Made by a program: the position numbers and the translations under genes
Assembly (NCBI GenBank): GCA_977020255.1
Contig: CDROCS010001674.1
Coordinates: 62,001-126,000 of the forward strand
DNA from: Obrimoposthia wandeli
Lineage: Eukaryota
DNA: 64,000 nucleotides
Direction of reading: 5' to 3'
Shown: piece after piece, positions 10,861 to 22,248 of the stretch
Position numbering within the stretch: the first letter of the stretch is position 1
How the letters are laid out: every line of letters begins with the position of its first letter
Notes under the pieces: generated by a model
What the model was told of the DNA's origin: nothing
Databases searched by the model: none
What the model saw: only the letters and a program-made list of their open reading frames with translations

Positions 10861-12582
10861 CTAGATACGGTTACACAATTCAGTGTATCGACCACCAGCG
10901 GCGATCAGCTCTTGGTGTTTACCGCGTTCGATGATTTCACCTTCATCCATTAAGCAAATATGATCCATTTGCTCTAGACCGACTAAGCGGTGGGTAATGA
11001 ATAAGACGGTTTTATCTTTCGCATGCTCTAGTAACAGGCTTAGAATCTGTTGTTCGGTACGGCGGTCAAGGCCTTCTGTTGGTTCATCTAGCAGAAGAAT
11101 AGAGGCATTATGAAGCAGTGCCCGTGCAATACCTAAGCGACGACGTTCACCACCAGAGATCTGGCGGCCACCTTCACCTAACCAAGTATCTAACCCTTTA
11201 CCTTCAAGCAAGGTTTCTAGCCCAACATGCACGAGTGATGCTTTGAACTCTTCATCTGTGCCTTCAGGTTTCGCCAAAACAAGGTTTTCACGTAATGAGC
11301 CATTAAACACATCAACACGTTGGCTAACAACGGTAATCGCTTTACGAAGCGATGTTTCATGCCATAAAGGTAAAGCAACACCATCAATGCTGATTTGCCC
11401 TTGCTGTGGATCCCAATTACGGGTAATTAGCTGAAGCAAGGTTGATTTACCGCAACCAGTACGCCCAAGCAATGCCAGCTTGTCACCTTGTTTAAGCTTG
11501 ATAGAAACATTACTGACAACCGGCTTTTCACTATCGTGATAGGTGTAACTGATATTATCAATACTGATATCACCGTGAACGACAGCTTGATGCCCATTAG
11601 GATCAAATTGTGTATCAGGCGTTGCTTCAATAATTTCATTTAAACGACGTGCTGAAGTCAGTGTTTGCCCCAAGTATTGGAAAGCACCCGCGACAGGCAT
11701 CATCATTTCAAAGCTTGCCATTGTCGCAAAAGCTACCATGGCAATGAAGGGGTCAGGCATTGCTCCGCCAACACCATCAGCGGCAATCCACAGAATTAGT
11801 ACTAGCGTCCACCCTGTCGCAGCCATCAGTATTGCATTAGCGAATCCTGTTAGGCTTGCCATTTTACGTTGTGCTGCGAGTAATTTTTCTTGCTCGCTTT
11901 CAGCTGCTTTACGGTAACGGTCTTCTGCGTTGAACAGAAGTAACTCGGCATGGCCTTGCAACCAGTCAAGCAGCTTCACTCGGTAATTGGCTTTGGCATA
12001 AGTCAGTTCTTCACCGTTAGATTTTCCTAAGCGGTAAAAAATAACGGGTAGTGCTAGCATGAGCGATAAAAGAACGGCACCCAGCGTTAAACCAATGGTT
12101 AAGTCAAACCAAGCAAGAAAGCCGGTTACGGCTAATAACCCTACAACACCAATAACAAGAGGGCTAACAAGACGCAGATAGACATGATCCATTGCGTCAA
12201 CATCAGCCACAAGGCGGTTGAGCAAATCAGCATCACGCAGATTCGTCTGACGACCTGGAATTAATGGGGTTAGTTTTTTAAAAAAGAATAAACGTAGATC
12301 GGCAAGCAATTTGAAGGTTGCATCATGACTAACAACTCTTTCTCCCCAGCGACCAGCGGTTCTTGCCATCGAGAAGCCACGAACACCGGCTCCGGGTAAC
12401 ATATAGTTAAATGTTTGTCGGGCAATGGTTAAGCCAGCAACAGCCGATGCAGAGATAAACCAACCCGATAAGGTGAGTAGGCTAAGCCCTGCAAGTAAAG
12501 TCGCTAATCCGAGTATCATACCTATAGTTAAGCCAAACCAGTGCTTACGGTAAAGCTTTAGGTAAGGGACTAAATCACGCAT
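10861..12582 (-). CDS. cydC: Heme/thiol ABC exporter subunit CydC
   Basis: GRWGERVVSHDATF, GRTGCGKST, ISGGERRRLG; start moved to ATG 12582, overlapping the cydD stop. Confidence 0.95.
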   Translation of the reverse strand: MRDLVPYLKLYRKHWFGLTIGMILGLATLLAGLSLLTLSGWFISASAVAGLTIARQTFNYMLPGAGVRGFSMARTAGRWGERVVSHDATFKLLADLRLFFFKKLTPLIPGRQTNLRDADLLNRLVADVDAMDHVYLRLVSPLVIGVVGLLAVTGFLAWFDLTIGLTLGAVLLSLMLALPVIFYRLGKSNGEELTYAKANYRVKLLDWLQGHAELLLFNAEDRYRKAAESEQEKLLAAQRKMASLTGFANAILMAATGWTLVLILWIAADGVGGAMPDPFIAMVAFATMASFEMMMPVAGAFQYLGQTLTSARRLNEIIEATPDTQFDPNGHQAVVHGDISIDNISYTYHDSEKPVVSNVSIKLKQGDKLALLGRTGCGKSTLLQLITRNWDPQQGQISIDGVALPLWHETSLRKAITVVSQRVDVFNGSLRENLVLAKPEGTDEEFKASLVHVGLETLLEGKGLDTWLGEGGRQISGGERRRLGIARALLHNASILLLDEPTEGLDRRTEQQILSLLLEHAKDKTVLFITHRLVGLEQMDHICLMDEGEIIERGKHQELIAAGGRYTELCNRI

Positions 12583-14347
12583 CGAGATCCCTCTTATCAG
12601 TATGTGCCAACATGTCAGCGAGAAGGCCTTCATGACTAATTTGATCAAAATGACCATTTTGAACCAGCTTGCCATTGTCTAAGACAAGTACGCGGTCGAT
12701 AGTGGATAGTTGATCTAAACGGTGACTGATCATCAAGGTTGTTTGACCTTTAACGGCTTGCGCCAAGCTATCAAGTACCAACTTTTCACTGTTGGCATCA
12801 AGGCTTGCTGTGGGTTCATCCAGTAACCAAAAAGACCCATCTTGTAGCATGGCACGTGCAACAGCTAATCGCTGAGCCTGGCCAACCGATAACCCGCCAG
12901 AACGATCTCCCACACAATGTTGGTAGCCTTTTTCCAGTCGGTCAATAAACTCACTCGCATAAGCTTGTTTCGCCACTTGAGCAATATGTTGTTCCGTTGC
13001 TAATGGGTTACCTAGCGTAATGTTGTCGTGAATTGTACCGTGAACCAATAAAGGGTTCTGCCCAACCCAGCTAATCGTCTGACGCCATTGGCAGTGATCC
13101 AGTTCATTCAGTTCAATGCCATTAATTTTTAAGCTACCACGATAAGGTAAGAAACCGAGTAGAGCGTTCAATAGGCTAGTTTTGCCTGCGCCACTCGGGC
13201 CGACAAGTGCAACTTGTTCTTTTGGATGAATAGAAAAACTGAGTGGGCCCGCTAAGATTTGTCCTTCCGGACTGAGCACTTCTAAATCGGTAGCATGAAG
13301 CTCTATCGTTTCGGGTGACGGTAAGTTTGTGTCCCCGGCTTTCATCTCATCTGCTTCTGCATTGAGGAATTCAACTATCGATTCTGCCGCGCCGATAGCT
13401 TGAGCTTTAGCATGGTAGAACGTACCTAAATCACGCAGAGGTTGATAAAACTCGGGAGCAAGTACCAAGATAAATAAGCCCGTGAATAAGCTAATTGGAA
13501 TACCGTAATGGCCGAAGTTCAATTCGCCAATGAAAGCAAAACCAAAATACACCGCAACAATTGCCACTGAAAGAGCAGAGAAGAACTCTAGAACCGCTGA
13601 GGATAAGAAGGCAAGGCGCAATACTTCCATTGTGCGTTTGCGCAACACGGTTGATGCTGCATGCAGGTTTTCAGCTTCCGCTTCTGCACGGTTAAATAAA
13701 CGTAAGGTTGATAAGCCTTGTAAACGGTCGTAAAAGTGACCAGAAAGACGCTGAAGCGCTTTAAAGTTACGACGGTTAGCATCAGCAGCCCCTAAGCCTA
13801 CAAGTGCCATGAAGATAGGTACAAGCGGTGCTGTAATTAAAAAGATTAAACCCGCAGCCCAATTGAGAGGAAATACCGTCACTAAAATAATAACGGGTAC
13901 TAAAACCGCAATCGACATCTGAGGCAGGTAGCGTGCAAAGAAATCTTGCATCTCTTCTACTTGCTCAAGCACAAGGCTTGCCCATACACCAGCAGGTTTC
14001 CCTTTGATATAGGCAGGTCCTAAGTTATGAAGACGATCAAGTATAAGTTGGCGAATGTGCAAGCGAATTTGTTCGCCACAGCGGTATCCTGTTATTTCAC
14101 GTCCCCAGCTACATGCTGCACGAAGAGTAACCACTACGATCAAGCCAACAAACTGATTGATAAGCTCAGATTTGTCGGTGTGTTCCATGATCAGTTCGTG
14201 AAGAATATTCGCAAGAAGCGCAGCTTGTCCGACTAGCAGTAATCCAGAAAGGAAACCCAGCCCAATAGTGAGCATTAACCAGCGTTTTGCGAGTTTGCTT
14301 TGTTCTTTTAACCATGTGGTTAAATTTTTCTGTATTTGTTTGTCCAT
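12575..14347 (-). CDS. cydD: Heme/thiol ABC exporter subunit CydD
   Basis: FFARYLPQM, APEFYQPLRDLGTFYHAKAQA, GPSGAGKT, LSVGQAQR. Confidence 0.96.
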   Translation of the reverse strand: MDKQIQKNLTTWLKEQSKLAKRWLMLTIGLGFLSGLLLVGQAALLANILHELIMEHTDKSELINQFVGLIVVVTLRAACSWGREITGYRCGEQIRLHIRQLILDRLHNLGPAYIKGKPAGVWASLVLEQVEEMQDFFARYLPQMSIAVLVPVIILVTVFPLNWAAGLIFLITAPLVPIFMALVGLGAADANRRNFKALQRLSGHFYDRLQGLSTLRLFNRAEAEAENLHAASTVLRKRTMEVLRLAFLSSAVLEFFSALSVAIVAVYFGFAFIGELNFGHYGIPISLFTGLFILVLAPEFYQPLRDLGTFYHAKAQAIGAAESIVEFLNAEADEMKAGDTNLPSPETIELHATDLEVLSPEGQILAGPLSFSIHPKEQVALVGPSGAGKTSLLNALLGFLPYRGSLKINGIELNELDHCQWRQTISWVGQNPLLVHGTIHDNITLGNPLATEQHIAQVAKQAYASEFIDRLEKGYQHCVGDRSGGLSVGQAQRLAVARAMLQDGSFWLLDEPTASLDANSEKLVLDSLAQAVKGQTTLMISHRLDQLSTIDRVLVLDNGKLVQNGHFDQISHEGLLADMLAHTDKRDLDA

Positions 14348-14449
14348 ATAAAAGATATCGTTTTTAAATGGTGTACAGCGAATGCTGATGTTGAGCAGGC
14401 TGAAAGGATCTGGCCGTTATTGAAGATAGCGGCCAGGGTAAGATTATTA

Positions 14450-15565
<1,116 letters not shown>

Positions 15566-15668
15566 TCACTCTGAAACTGAGTTTAACAACATGTTTATTT
15601 ATTAGTTGAACGAAATAAATATTAGTTAAAGACAAAGTAGCGTGAAACGCGGTGGGAGGGTAGTGGAT

Positions 15669-15702
15669 AAAAATGGAAAATTAGTTAGCAAATTTTCCAT
15701 TT
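15669..15702 (-). terminator. Probable terminator of ald
   Basis: 12-bp stem AAATGGAAAATT...AATTTTCCATTT with a T run on the minus strand. Confidence 0.6.
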
Positions 15703-15772
15703 CACAGCAGAAAGCTTAGACAACTTTCTTCTTTATTATATCGGTTGCTTATATGGCTGATGGTTTGACAAA

Positions 15773-16894
15773 TCAGTGCATACTAATAGCTGTTACGGGA
15801 TCGGTATAATGGAGGTTGAACGTATCTGCAATTTCTTTACACGTTACTTTGCCATGCATAATATTCATACCTTTTAAGAAACCTTCATCATCTAATAATG
15901 CTTTTTTGTAACCTTTGTTGGCCAAGTTGATGATATAAGGCAAGGTGGCGTTGTTTAAAGCAAAAGTCGATGTGCGAGCAACCGCGCCCGGCATATTAGC
16001 AACACAGTAATGGACAATATCATCGATTATAAAGGTTGGATCAGCGTGTGTTGTAGGATGAGAGGTTTCAAAGCACCCCCCTTGATCAATTGCGACATCA
16101 ACCAATGCAGATCCTGATTTCATCATTTTAAGGTGAGCTGCCGTAATTATTTTTGGTGCTGCTGCACCGGGGATCAAAATAGCACCAATAATCAAATCGG
16201 CTTGTACAACTAACCGATCAATGGCTTCTTTTGTAGAATAAATGACTTTTGCTTTACCTTGAAATTCAGCATCTAATGCGCGTAGCGTATCAATATTCCT
16301 ATCGAGTATTGTCACGTCAGCTCTCATACCTACAGCCATTCGTGCTGCATTTGATCCTACAACACCGCCACCTAAGATAACGACCTTTGCAGGCTCGACC
16401 CCCGGAACACCACTTAATAGTAACCCACGTCCACCGCGTGAATTCTCTAATGTTTGGGCGCCAGCTTGAATAGACATGCGTCCCGCGACCTCCGACATTG
16501 GTGCTAGTAGTGGTAATGTACCCTTATTATCTGTTACGGTCTCATATGCAATGCATATCGCTTTACTTTTTATCAGGTCTTCTGTTTGTGGGAAATCTGG
16601 TGCGAGATGAAGGTAGGTGAATAAAATTTGTCCTTCGTGTAACATAGTTCTTTCTACTGCTTGAGGCTCTTTTACTTTAATAATCATCTCTGATCTGGTA
16701 AAAACTTCTTTAGCGTTAGAAATAATGGAAGCTCCTGCAGCTTGATAGTTAGCATCTGTGAGACCAATACCAGCTCCAGCATTGGTTTCTATGACAACTT
16801 GGTGGCCGAACGAGATAAGTTCGCGAACGCTCGCTGGAATCAGACCAACACGGTACTCGTGGTTTTTGATTTCTTTTGGTACACCAATGATCAT
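15773..16894 (-). CDS. ald: Alanine dehydrogenase
   Basis: IGVPKEIKNHEYRVG, GGGVVG, DVAIDQGGCFETS, HYCVANMPGAV. Confidence 0.97.
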   Translation of the reverse strand: MIIGVPKEIKNHEYRVGLIPASVRELISFGHQVVIETNAGAGIGLTDANYQAAGASIISNAKEVFTRSEMIIKVKEPQAVERTMLHEGQILFTYLHLAPDFPQTEDLIKSKAICIAYETVTDNKGTLPLLAPMSEVAGRMSIQAGAQTLENSRGGRGLLLSGVPGVEPAKVVILGGGVVGSNAARMAVGMRADVTILDRNIDTLRALDAEFQGKAKVIYSTKEAIDRLVVQADLIIGAILIPGAAAPKIITAAHLKMMKSGSALVDVAIDQGGCFETSHPTTHADPTFIIDDIVHYCVANMPGAVARTSTFALNNATLPYIINLANKGYKKALLDDEGFLKGMNIMHGKVTCKEIADTFNLHYTDPVTAISMH

Positions 16895-17051
16895 ACTGTT
16901 ACCTCCGTGGTCTACTAGTGTTTTTTGCTAGTGACGAGGTTAAAAATACGGATCTACAGGCAGTATAGTTTGACTATCAGAGTATTTGATTCTAAATATT
17001 AGAAAGTTGTAGTATATTTTTTTGCAAGGAAGTAAGAAGGTGGAATGAAAA

Positions 17052-17546
17052 ATGGTAGATACCAAAAAGAAACCATCCAAGGAATTGGATCGTATTGACC
17101 GCAACATATTGAACGAACTACAGAAAGATGGCCGCATTTCAAATGTTGAGTTGTCTAAGCGTGTAGGGCTTTCTCCAACACCATGTCTTGAGCGTGTGCG
17201 TCGACTAGAACGACAAGGTTACATCAACGGTTATACTGCGTTGCTGAATCCTCAATTTCTAGATGCATCTCTACTTGTATTTGTTGAAATCACACTAAAT
17301 CGTGGCGCACCTGACGTTTTTGAACAATTTAATAAATCAGTTCAAGAACTTGAAGACATTCAAGAGTGTCATCTAGTTTCAGGTGATTTCGATTACCTGT
17401 TGAAGACACGTGTATGCGATATGTCTGCTTACCGTAAACTGTTGGGCGAAACCTTACTTCGTCTGCCAGGTGTAAACGACACGCGTACTTATGTTGTGAT
17501 GGAAGAAGTTAAGCAAACCAATAATCTGGTTATCAAAACTCGCTAA
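17052..17546 (+). CDS. lrp: Leucine-responsive regulatory protein
   Basis: 164 aa; LDRIDRNILNELQKDGRISNVELSKRVGLSPTPCLERV. Confidence 0.98.
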   Translation: MVDTKKKPSKELDRIDRNILNELQKDGRISNVELSKRVGLSPTPCLERVRRLERQGYINGYTALLNPQFLDASLLVFVEITLNRGAPDVFEQFNKSVQELEDIQECHLVSGDFDYLLKTRVCDMSAYRKLLGETLLRLPGVNDTRTYVVMEEVKQTNNLVIKTR

Positions 17547-17606
17547 TGGCTTTGTGATACATCATAAGATGGTTATTTAGTTACATTGTGGCTGAGTAAA
17601 GAATTG

Positions 17607-17636
17607 AATCGAGCGGCCTAGTGCCGCTCGATTTGT
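17607..17636 (+). terminator. Hairpin / probable terminator after lrp
   Basis: AATCGAGCGGC-CTAGT-GCCGCTCGATT, short T tail. Confidence 0.6.
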
Positions 17637-17788
17637 ATCTATTGCATCTTGGTCGAAACGCGAACGAACTGCATGATTACCATTCAATTTATTAAACGTT
17701 AATGTGAATTGACAAAAGGATGAATTTTTTCGAGAGAGAAACGTCTACAATAGAGTGTTTTCTAGTGATGAATGATATTAAGCTATTT

Positions 17789-17810
17789 ATCATGAGGTAA
17801 CTTGGGTATA
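17789..17810 (-). repeat. ERIC-like terminal sequence, copy 1
   Basis: Reverse complement TATACCCAAGTTACCTCATGAT matches 44747-44768 at 20 of 22 positions. Confidence 0.6.
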
Positions 17811-17861
17811 TACGGGGTTTCCCCTTTATTATGGTTAATCGCTTAGTGTGATTGCAGTCTG

Positions 17862-17896
17862 TATTGGTAATAAAAATTGGTTTATTGGTAATAAAA
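17862..17896 (+). repeat. Two exact 14-bp direct repeats upstream of ftsK
   Basis: TATTGGTAATAAAA at 17862-17875 and 17883-17896 (21-bp period). Confidence 0.8.
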
Positions 17897-18039
17897 TTTT
17901 AATAAGTCATCCAAATGTGACGATTTCCTTTACAATAAGCATATTGAAATTATTGAGCTATTCACAACTAAGAGTATGAATTCTGAGTGAAAAGTCAGAT
18001 TCTTGTTTTGGCAATTAAATAGTTACACCGGAGTTTTTT

Positions 18040-21000
18040 TTGAGGAAGGTTAAAAGCAAACAGCCCAAATTACGTCTTTCGGGTGGTCAACGCATTCTTG
18101 AAAGCTTTTTGATCATTGGCATTTTGGCGGCCATTTTCATTATGGTTGCCTTGGTCAGTTTTGACCCCGCCGATCCATCATGGTCTCAAACTGCTTGGGA
18201 AGGTCAGGTTCAGAATAAGGCTGGGGCACTTGGTGCGTTTGTCGCAGACACATTCTTTTTCACATTAGGCTCATTAGCTTACCCTTTACCCGCTGCCATT
18301 GTTTTAGCTGCGTGGGTGCTATTCCGTCATCGTAGTGAGCCTGCCGCTATTGATTATATGATTTATGGCACACGCTTATTAGGTATGCTTCTGCTGTTTC
18401 TTACAAGCTGTGGTCTAGCCGATTTAAACTTTGATGATATTTGGTATTTCTCATCTGGTGGCGTAATTGGTGATGTTGTTTCTAATATGGCATTACCCCT
18501 GCTAAATGTACTTGGAACGACATTAGTTTTGATGTTTTTCTGGGCGGTTGGTTTTACATTGTTTACGGGTATTTCTTGGTTAACCATCGTTGATACTATC
18601 GGTGATAGAACTCTTAGAGGAATATCGCGGTTATTAAATACCATACGTTCAGACAAATCAGAAACGCTGACCCCATTTGCCACCGACATTCCTGATGAAC
18701 AGCAAACGGCATATGCTAAGCAACTTCAACTTGAACAGCCAGCAGAGGTTGATGCTGACGATGTGTTACTTGCTTCGTATGGTCGAAGAGTAACACCAGA
18801 GATTGATTTTTCTAAAAGTGCTTCTCCTGAACCGGTACTAGCAGATACGCCCTCTCAGACTTGGAATTCAGAATCCACGCCACAGATTGTGATGCCAAAC
18901 CGCATGCAAACAGCCACACAACAACCTGTTTCTGATAATGCATTCCGCCAACCAGTTGTTGCAGCAACTGCCGTGGCAGGAAGCGTTGTTGCAAACCATG
19001 TTGTTGCAAACAGTGTTATTGAAAACCATGCTGTTGCAAACAATGTAGCAGCTCAAGAAGTGGCGATGACACAAGGCGAACAATTAGCCGATCCATTGAT
19101 GGATGTGACGACTTCTGTTCGTGCCCCTGAATCTAATTTGGCTATTAAGCCTGATGTGCAAGAAAGTATCCTTGCAAATAACGGTGCTGCAAGTAGCGCT
19201 AGCCTTGAAGGCAAGCACCTTGAAAGCAGTCATCTTGAAAACAGGCACCTTGATAACATTCATCTTGAACAAACTGACCCGATTGAACTTACATCAACGA
19301 CTCAAGCAAAAGGGCTAACCATTGCAGAGTTAGAGCGAGAGCTAGAAAAAGATGAAGATTTCACCATGTATGTTGAAGAGCAACATGAAGGGTTTGAAGG
19401 TGTTGCAGAGGTTGTTACGCAGGTAGCTCAAAACATTGCGCCTGTTGTGGCACCTGTGGTTGCTGCAAGCGTTGCTATGCCAGCTATGCCAGCTATGTCG
19501 GCTATGTCGGCGATAAGTGATGAGCCATCGGTTGATATATCTGCTCCTTTTGAGCCAATACAAGCACCATCGGGGAATATAGAGCAAGTGTCACAAAGAG
19601 TTACCGAACATACATCGGTGCCAGTGACGCCAGTACATATACCTCAATCTAGCAGCGCTCAAACGCCTGTTCATTCCCCAGAACAAACAGCAACACCAAT
19701 GCCTCAAACAGCAACAGCCATGTCGCCAGCTCCTGTAGAGCAAGTTGAAGCTGAGCCGAGCAATATTGAAATTGGTGTTCAAGATGGATTATCAGAGCTA
19801 GATCGTTCGCAACAAGATACTGTTGAAGAATTAACTGATGAAGAAATCTTTTTGCAGAAAATTCGTCAGGCACAAAAAGAACAAGTGCATGCTGCAGGTT
19901 TAGACAATCCGTTCTTGATGAAGGCAGCATCAGATCTTCCTGTGCCAACATCGCCAATGCCGACCATCGATTTGCTGGCTCCAGCTAGACAAAACGTAGA
20001 GCCAGCATCAGAAGAAGAGTTAATGGAAACAGCTCGTTTGGTTGAATCTAAGCTGGAAGATTACAAAATTAAAGCACGAGTGGCTGGGGTTTACCCCGGC
20101 CCAGTTATTACGCGTTATGAGTTGGATCTTGCTCCTGGTGTAAAAGTAAGCCGTATTTCAGGCTTAGCCAAAGATTTAGCACGCGCACTATCTGCAATCG
20201 CAGTGCGTGTGGTTGAAGTGATTCCTGGTAAACCTTATGTTGGTTTGGAATTACCGAATCGAAACCGTGAAACAGTTTATATGTCTGAAGTGGTTGCTAG
20301 CGAACGCTTCCAAAATATGAACAGTGCACTGCCTGTTGTTTTAGGTAACGATATTGCTGGTGAAGCCGTTGTCGCCGATTTAAGTAAGATGCCACACTTA
20401 TTAGTGGCAGGTACGACAGGTTCTGGTAAGTCAGTTGGTGTTAACGTAATGATTCTGAGTTTGCTGTACAAATGTACACCAGAAGATTGTCGTTTCATTA
20501 TGATTGACCCGAAAATGTTGGAACTTTCAATTTATGAAGGTATTCCGCACCTATTAACTGAAGTTGTTACCGACATGAAAGATGCGGGTAATGCGTTACG
20601 TTGGTGTGTAGGTGAAATGGAACGCCGCTATAAGTTGATGGCAGCCGTTGGAGTGCGAAATTTATCGGGTTATAACGCTAAATTGAAAGAAGCGGCTGAT
20701 GCTGGTTTCCCAATTTATGATCCATTGTGGAAACCAGGTGACAGCATGGCAGAGCATGCGCCACTGTTAGAAAAGATGCCAAGTATTGTCGTTATCGTCG
20801 ATGAGTTTGCTGATTTGATGATGGTTGTTGGTAAAAAGGTTGAAGAACTGATTGCACGTTTGGCCCAAAAAGCCCGTGCCGCAGGTATCCACCTTATTCT
20901 AGCCACTCAACGTCCATCTGTTGATGTTATTACCGGTTTGATTAAAGCTAACATTCCCACACGTATGGCATTTACAGTATCAACCAAAACGGACTCCCGT

Positions 21001-21444
21001 ACTATTCTGGATCAGGGCGGTGCTGAATCGCTATTGGGCATGGGTGATATGTTGTATTTACCGTCAGGTCAAAGCCATACTATTCGTGTACACGGTGCAT
21101 TCGCATCAGATGATGATGTACATAACGTGGTTAACGATTGGAAAGCGAGAGGAAAGCCTCAATACATCGAGAGCATTCTAAGTGCAGATCAAGGCTCTGA
21201 AGGATTACTGCCAGGCGAAGCGGCATCTGGTGATGAAGATTTAGATCAGCTATTTGATGATGTTGCGGCATTTGTGACTGAAACTCGTCGTGGTTCGGTA
21301 TCAGGTGTTCAACGTAAATTTAAAATTGGTTATAACCGCGCGGCTCGAATTGTCGAGCAGCTTCAAGCGCACGGTATTGTAAGTGCTCCTGGTCATAATG
21401 GTAATCGTGAGGTATTAGCACCACCTCCGCCACCAAGAGACTAA
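18040..21444 (+). CDS. ftsK: DNA translocase FtsK
   Basis: N-terminal 4TM domain ([10 protein letters not shown]), long low-complexity linker, AGTTGSGKS motor, gamma domain ([16 protein letters not shown]); TTG start behind GGAG. Confidence 0.97.
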   Translation: MRKVKSKQPKLRLSGGQRILESFLIIGILAAIFIMVALVSFDPADPSWSQTAWEGQVQNKAGALGAFVADTFFFTLGSLAYPLPAAIVLAAWVLFRHRSEPAAIDYMIYGTRLLGMLLLFLTSCGLADLNFDDIWYFSSGGVIGDVVSNMALPLLNVLGTTLVLMFFWAVGFTLFTGISWLTIVDTIGDRTLRGISRLLNTIRSDKSETLTPFATDIPDEQQTAYAKQLQLEQPAEVDADDVLLASYGRRVTPEIDFSKSASPEPVLADTPSQTWNSESTPQIVMPNRMQTATQQPVSDNAFRQPVVAATAVAGSVVANHVVANSVIENHAVANNVAAQEVAMTQGEQLADPLMDVTTSVRAPESNLAIKPDVQESILANNGAASSASLEGKHLESSHLENRHLDNIHLEQTDPIELTSTTQAKGLTIAELERELEKDEDFTMYVEEQHEGFEGVAEVVTQVAQNIAPVVAPVVAASVAMPAMPAMSAMSAISDEPSVDISAPFEPIQAPSGNIEQVSQRVTEHTSVPVTPVHIPQSSSAQTPVHSPEQTATPMPQTATAMSPAPVEQVEAEPSNIEIGVQDGLSELDRSQQDTVEELTDEEIFLQKIRQAQKEQVHAAGLDNPFLMKAASDLPVPTSPMPTIDLLAPARQNVEPASEEELMETARLVESKLEDYKIKARVAGVYPGPVITRYELDLAPGVKVSRISGLAKDLARALSAIAVRVVEVIPGKPYVGLELPNRNRETVYMSEVVASERFQNMNSALPVVLGNDIAGEAVVADLSKMPHLLVAGTTGSGKSVGVNVMILSLLYKCTPEDCRFIMIDPKMLELSIYEGIPHLLTEVVTDMKDAGNALRWCVGEMERRYKLMAAVGVRNLSGYNAKLKEAADAGFPIYDPLWKPGDSMAEHAPLLEKMPSIVVIVDEFADLMMVVGKKVEELIARLAQKARAAGIHLILATQRPSVDVITGLIKANIPTRMAFTVSTKTDSRTILDQGGAESLLGMGDMLYLPSGQSHTIRVHGAFASDDDVHNVVNDWKARGKPQYIESILSADQGSEGLLPGEAASGDEDLDQLFDDVAAFVTETRRGSVSGVQRKFKIGYNRAARIVEQLQAHGIVSAPGHNGNREVLAPPPPPRD
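18985..19044 (+). repeat. 4 x 15-bp imperfect tandem repeat in the ftsK linker
   Basis: GTTGTTGCAAACCAT-like units encoding [20 protein letters not shown]. Confidence 0.85.
19201..19275 (+). repeat. 5 x 15-bp imperfect tandem repeat in the ftsK linker
   Basis: CA(C/T)CTTGA-core units encoding [25 protein letters not shown]. Confidence 0.8.
19474..19509 (+). repeat. 4 x 9-bp tandem repeat in the ftsK linker
   Basis: GCTATGCCA x2 then GCTATGTCG x2 ([12 protein letters not shown]). Confidence 0.85.
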
Positions 21445-21508
21445 CTATTAATGAGGTTGTGTTGAGCGTATCAACCTCAACATAATGAAGATGCGAGTAG
21501 GGTGTAAA

Positions 21509-22126
21509 ATGATTAGAAAAGCAATGATAGGCCTGTTTTTGGCTGCACCATTGGTATTGTCTTCTGCTGCATGGGCAAACCCACAGCAAGAGTTAAGCTC
21601 TCGTTTGAGTTTAGTGAATGCATTCAGTGCCAATTTTGACCAGAAAGTTGTTAGCCCTGAAGGTGAGGTGCTGGTAGAAGGAAAAGGGGACGTAACAATT
21701 AAACGCCCTAATTTATTCCGTTGGAACACCGTCACACCAGATGAAAACTTACTGGTTTCTGATGGTAAAACGTTGTGGTACTACAGCCCCTTTATCGAGC
21801 AAGTTACCGCAATGTGGTTGAAAGATGCCACGGAGCAAACACCGTTTGTATTGTTAACCCGTAATAGCGCGAGTGATTGGGTGAATTATAACGTGGCTCA
21901 AACGTCAGATACCTTTACGTTAACGCCAAAAGATACGACATCGACGATGGGTAAGTTTGTGGTTACCGTTGCAAAAACGGGTGAAGTGCGTAATTTTTCT
22001 GTTGTAGAACAAGATGGCCAGCGCAGCAATTTCAAATTCCGTCAGTTCAGCAAGCAAGTGCCAAAAGCGAACTTGTTTACCTTTACGCCTCCGAAAGGTG
22101 TAGAGCTTGATGACCAACGAAATTGA
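21509..22126 (+). CDS. lolA: Outer-membrane lipoprotein chaperone LolA
   Basis: KRPNLFRW, LLVSDGKTLWYYSPFIEQV, FTPPKGVELDDQR; start chosen at ATG 21509 by size. Confidence 0.95.
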   Translation: MIRKAMIGLFLAAPLVLSSAAWANPQQELSSRLSLVNAFSANFDQKVVSPEGEVLVEGKGDVTIKRPNLFRWNTVTPDENLLVSDGKTLWYYSPFIEQVTAMWLKDATEQTPFVLLTRNSASDWVNYNVAQTSDTFTLTPKDTTSTMGKFVVTVAKTGEVRNFSVVEQDGQRSNFKFRQFSKQVPKANLFTFTPPKGVELDDQRN

Positions 22127-22201
22127 TAATACATGTCGAAAAATAAGAACACTTAACGTTAGTTGTTTCTTTATCTCGGCATAGAAAACACTATTTAAAC
22201 T

Positions 22202-22225
22202 AGGTGGCATTTAATGCCACCTTTT
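22202..22225 (+). terminator. Probable terminator after lolA
   Basis: AGGTGGCAT-TTA-ATGCCACCT-TTT. Confidence 0.65.
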
Positions 22226-22248
22226 CTGTCTTTAAGGGAGTGGTTATT

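Noticed and set aside
18985-19275. Regularly spaced repeats as a possible CRISPR array
   Set aside because: The units are contiguous, in-frame coding repeats with no unique spacers, and there are no cas genes.
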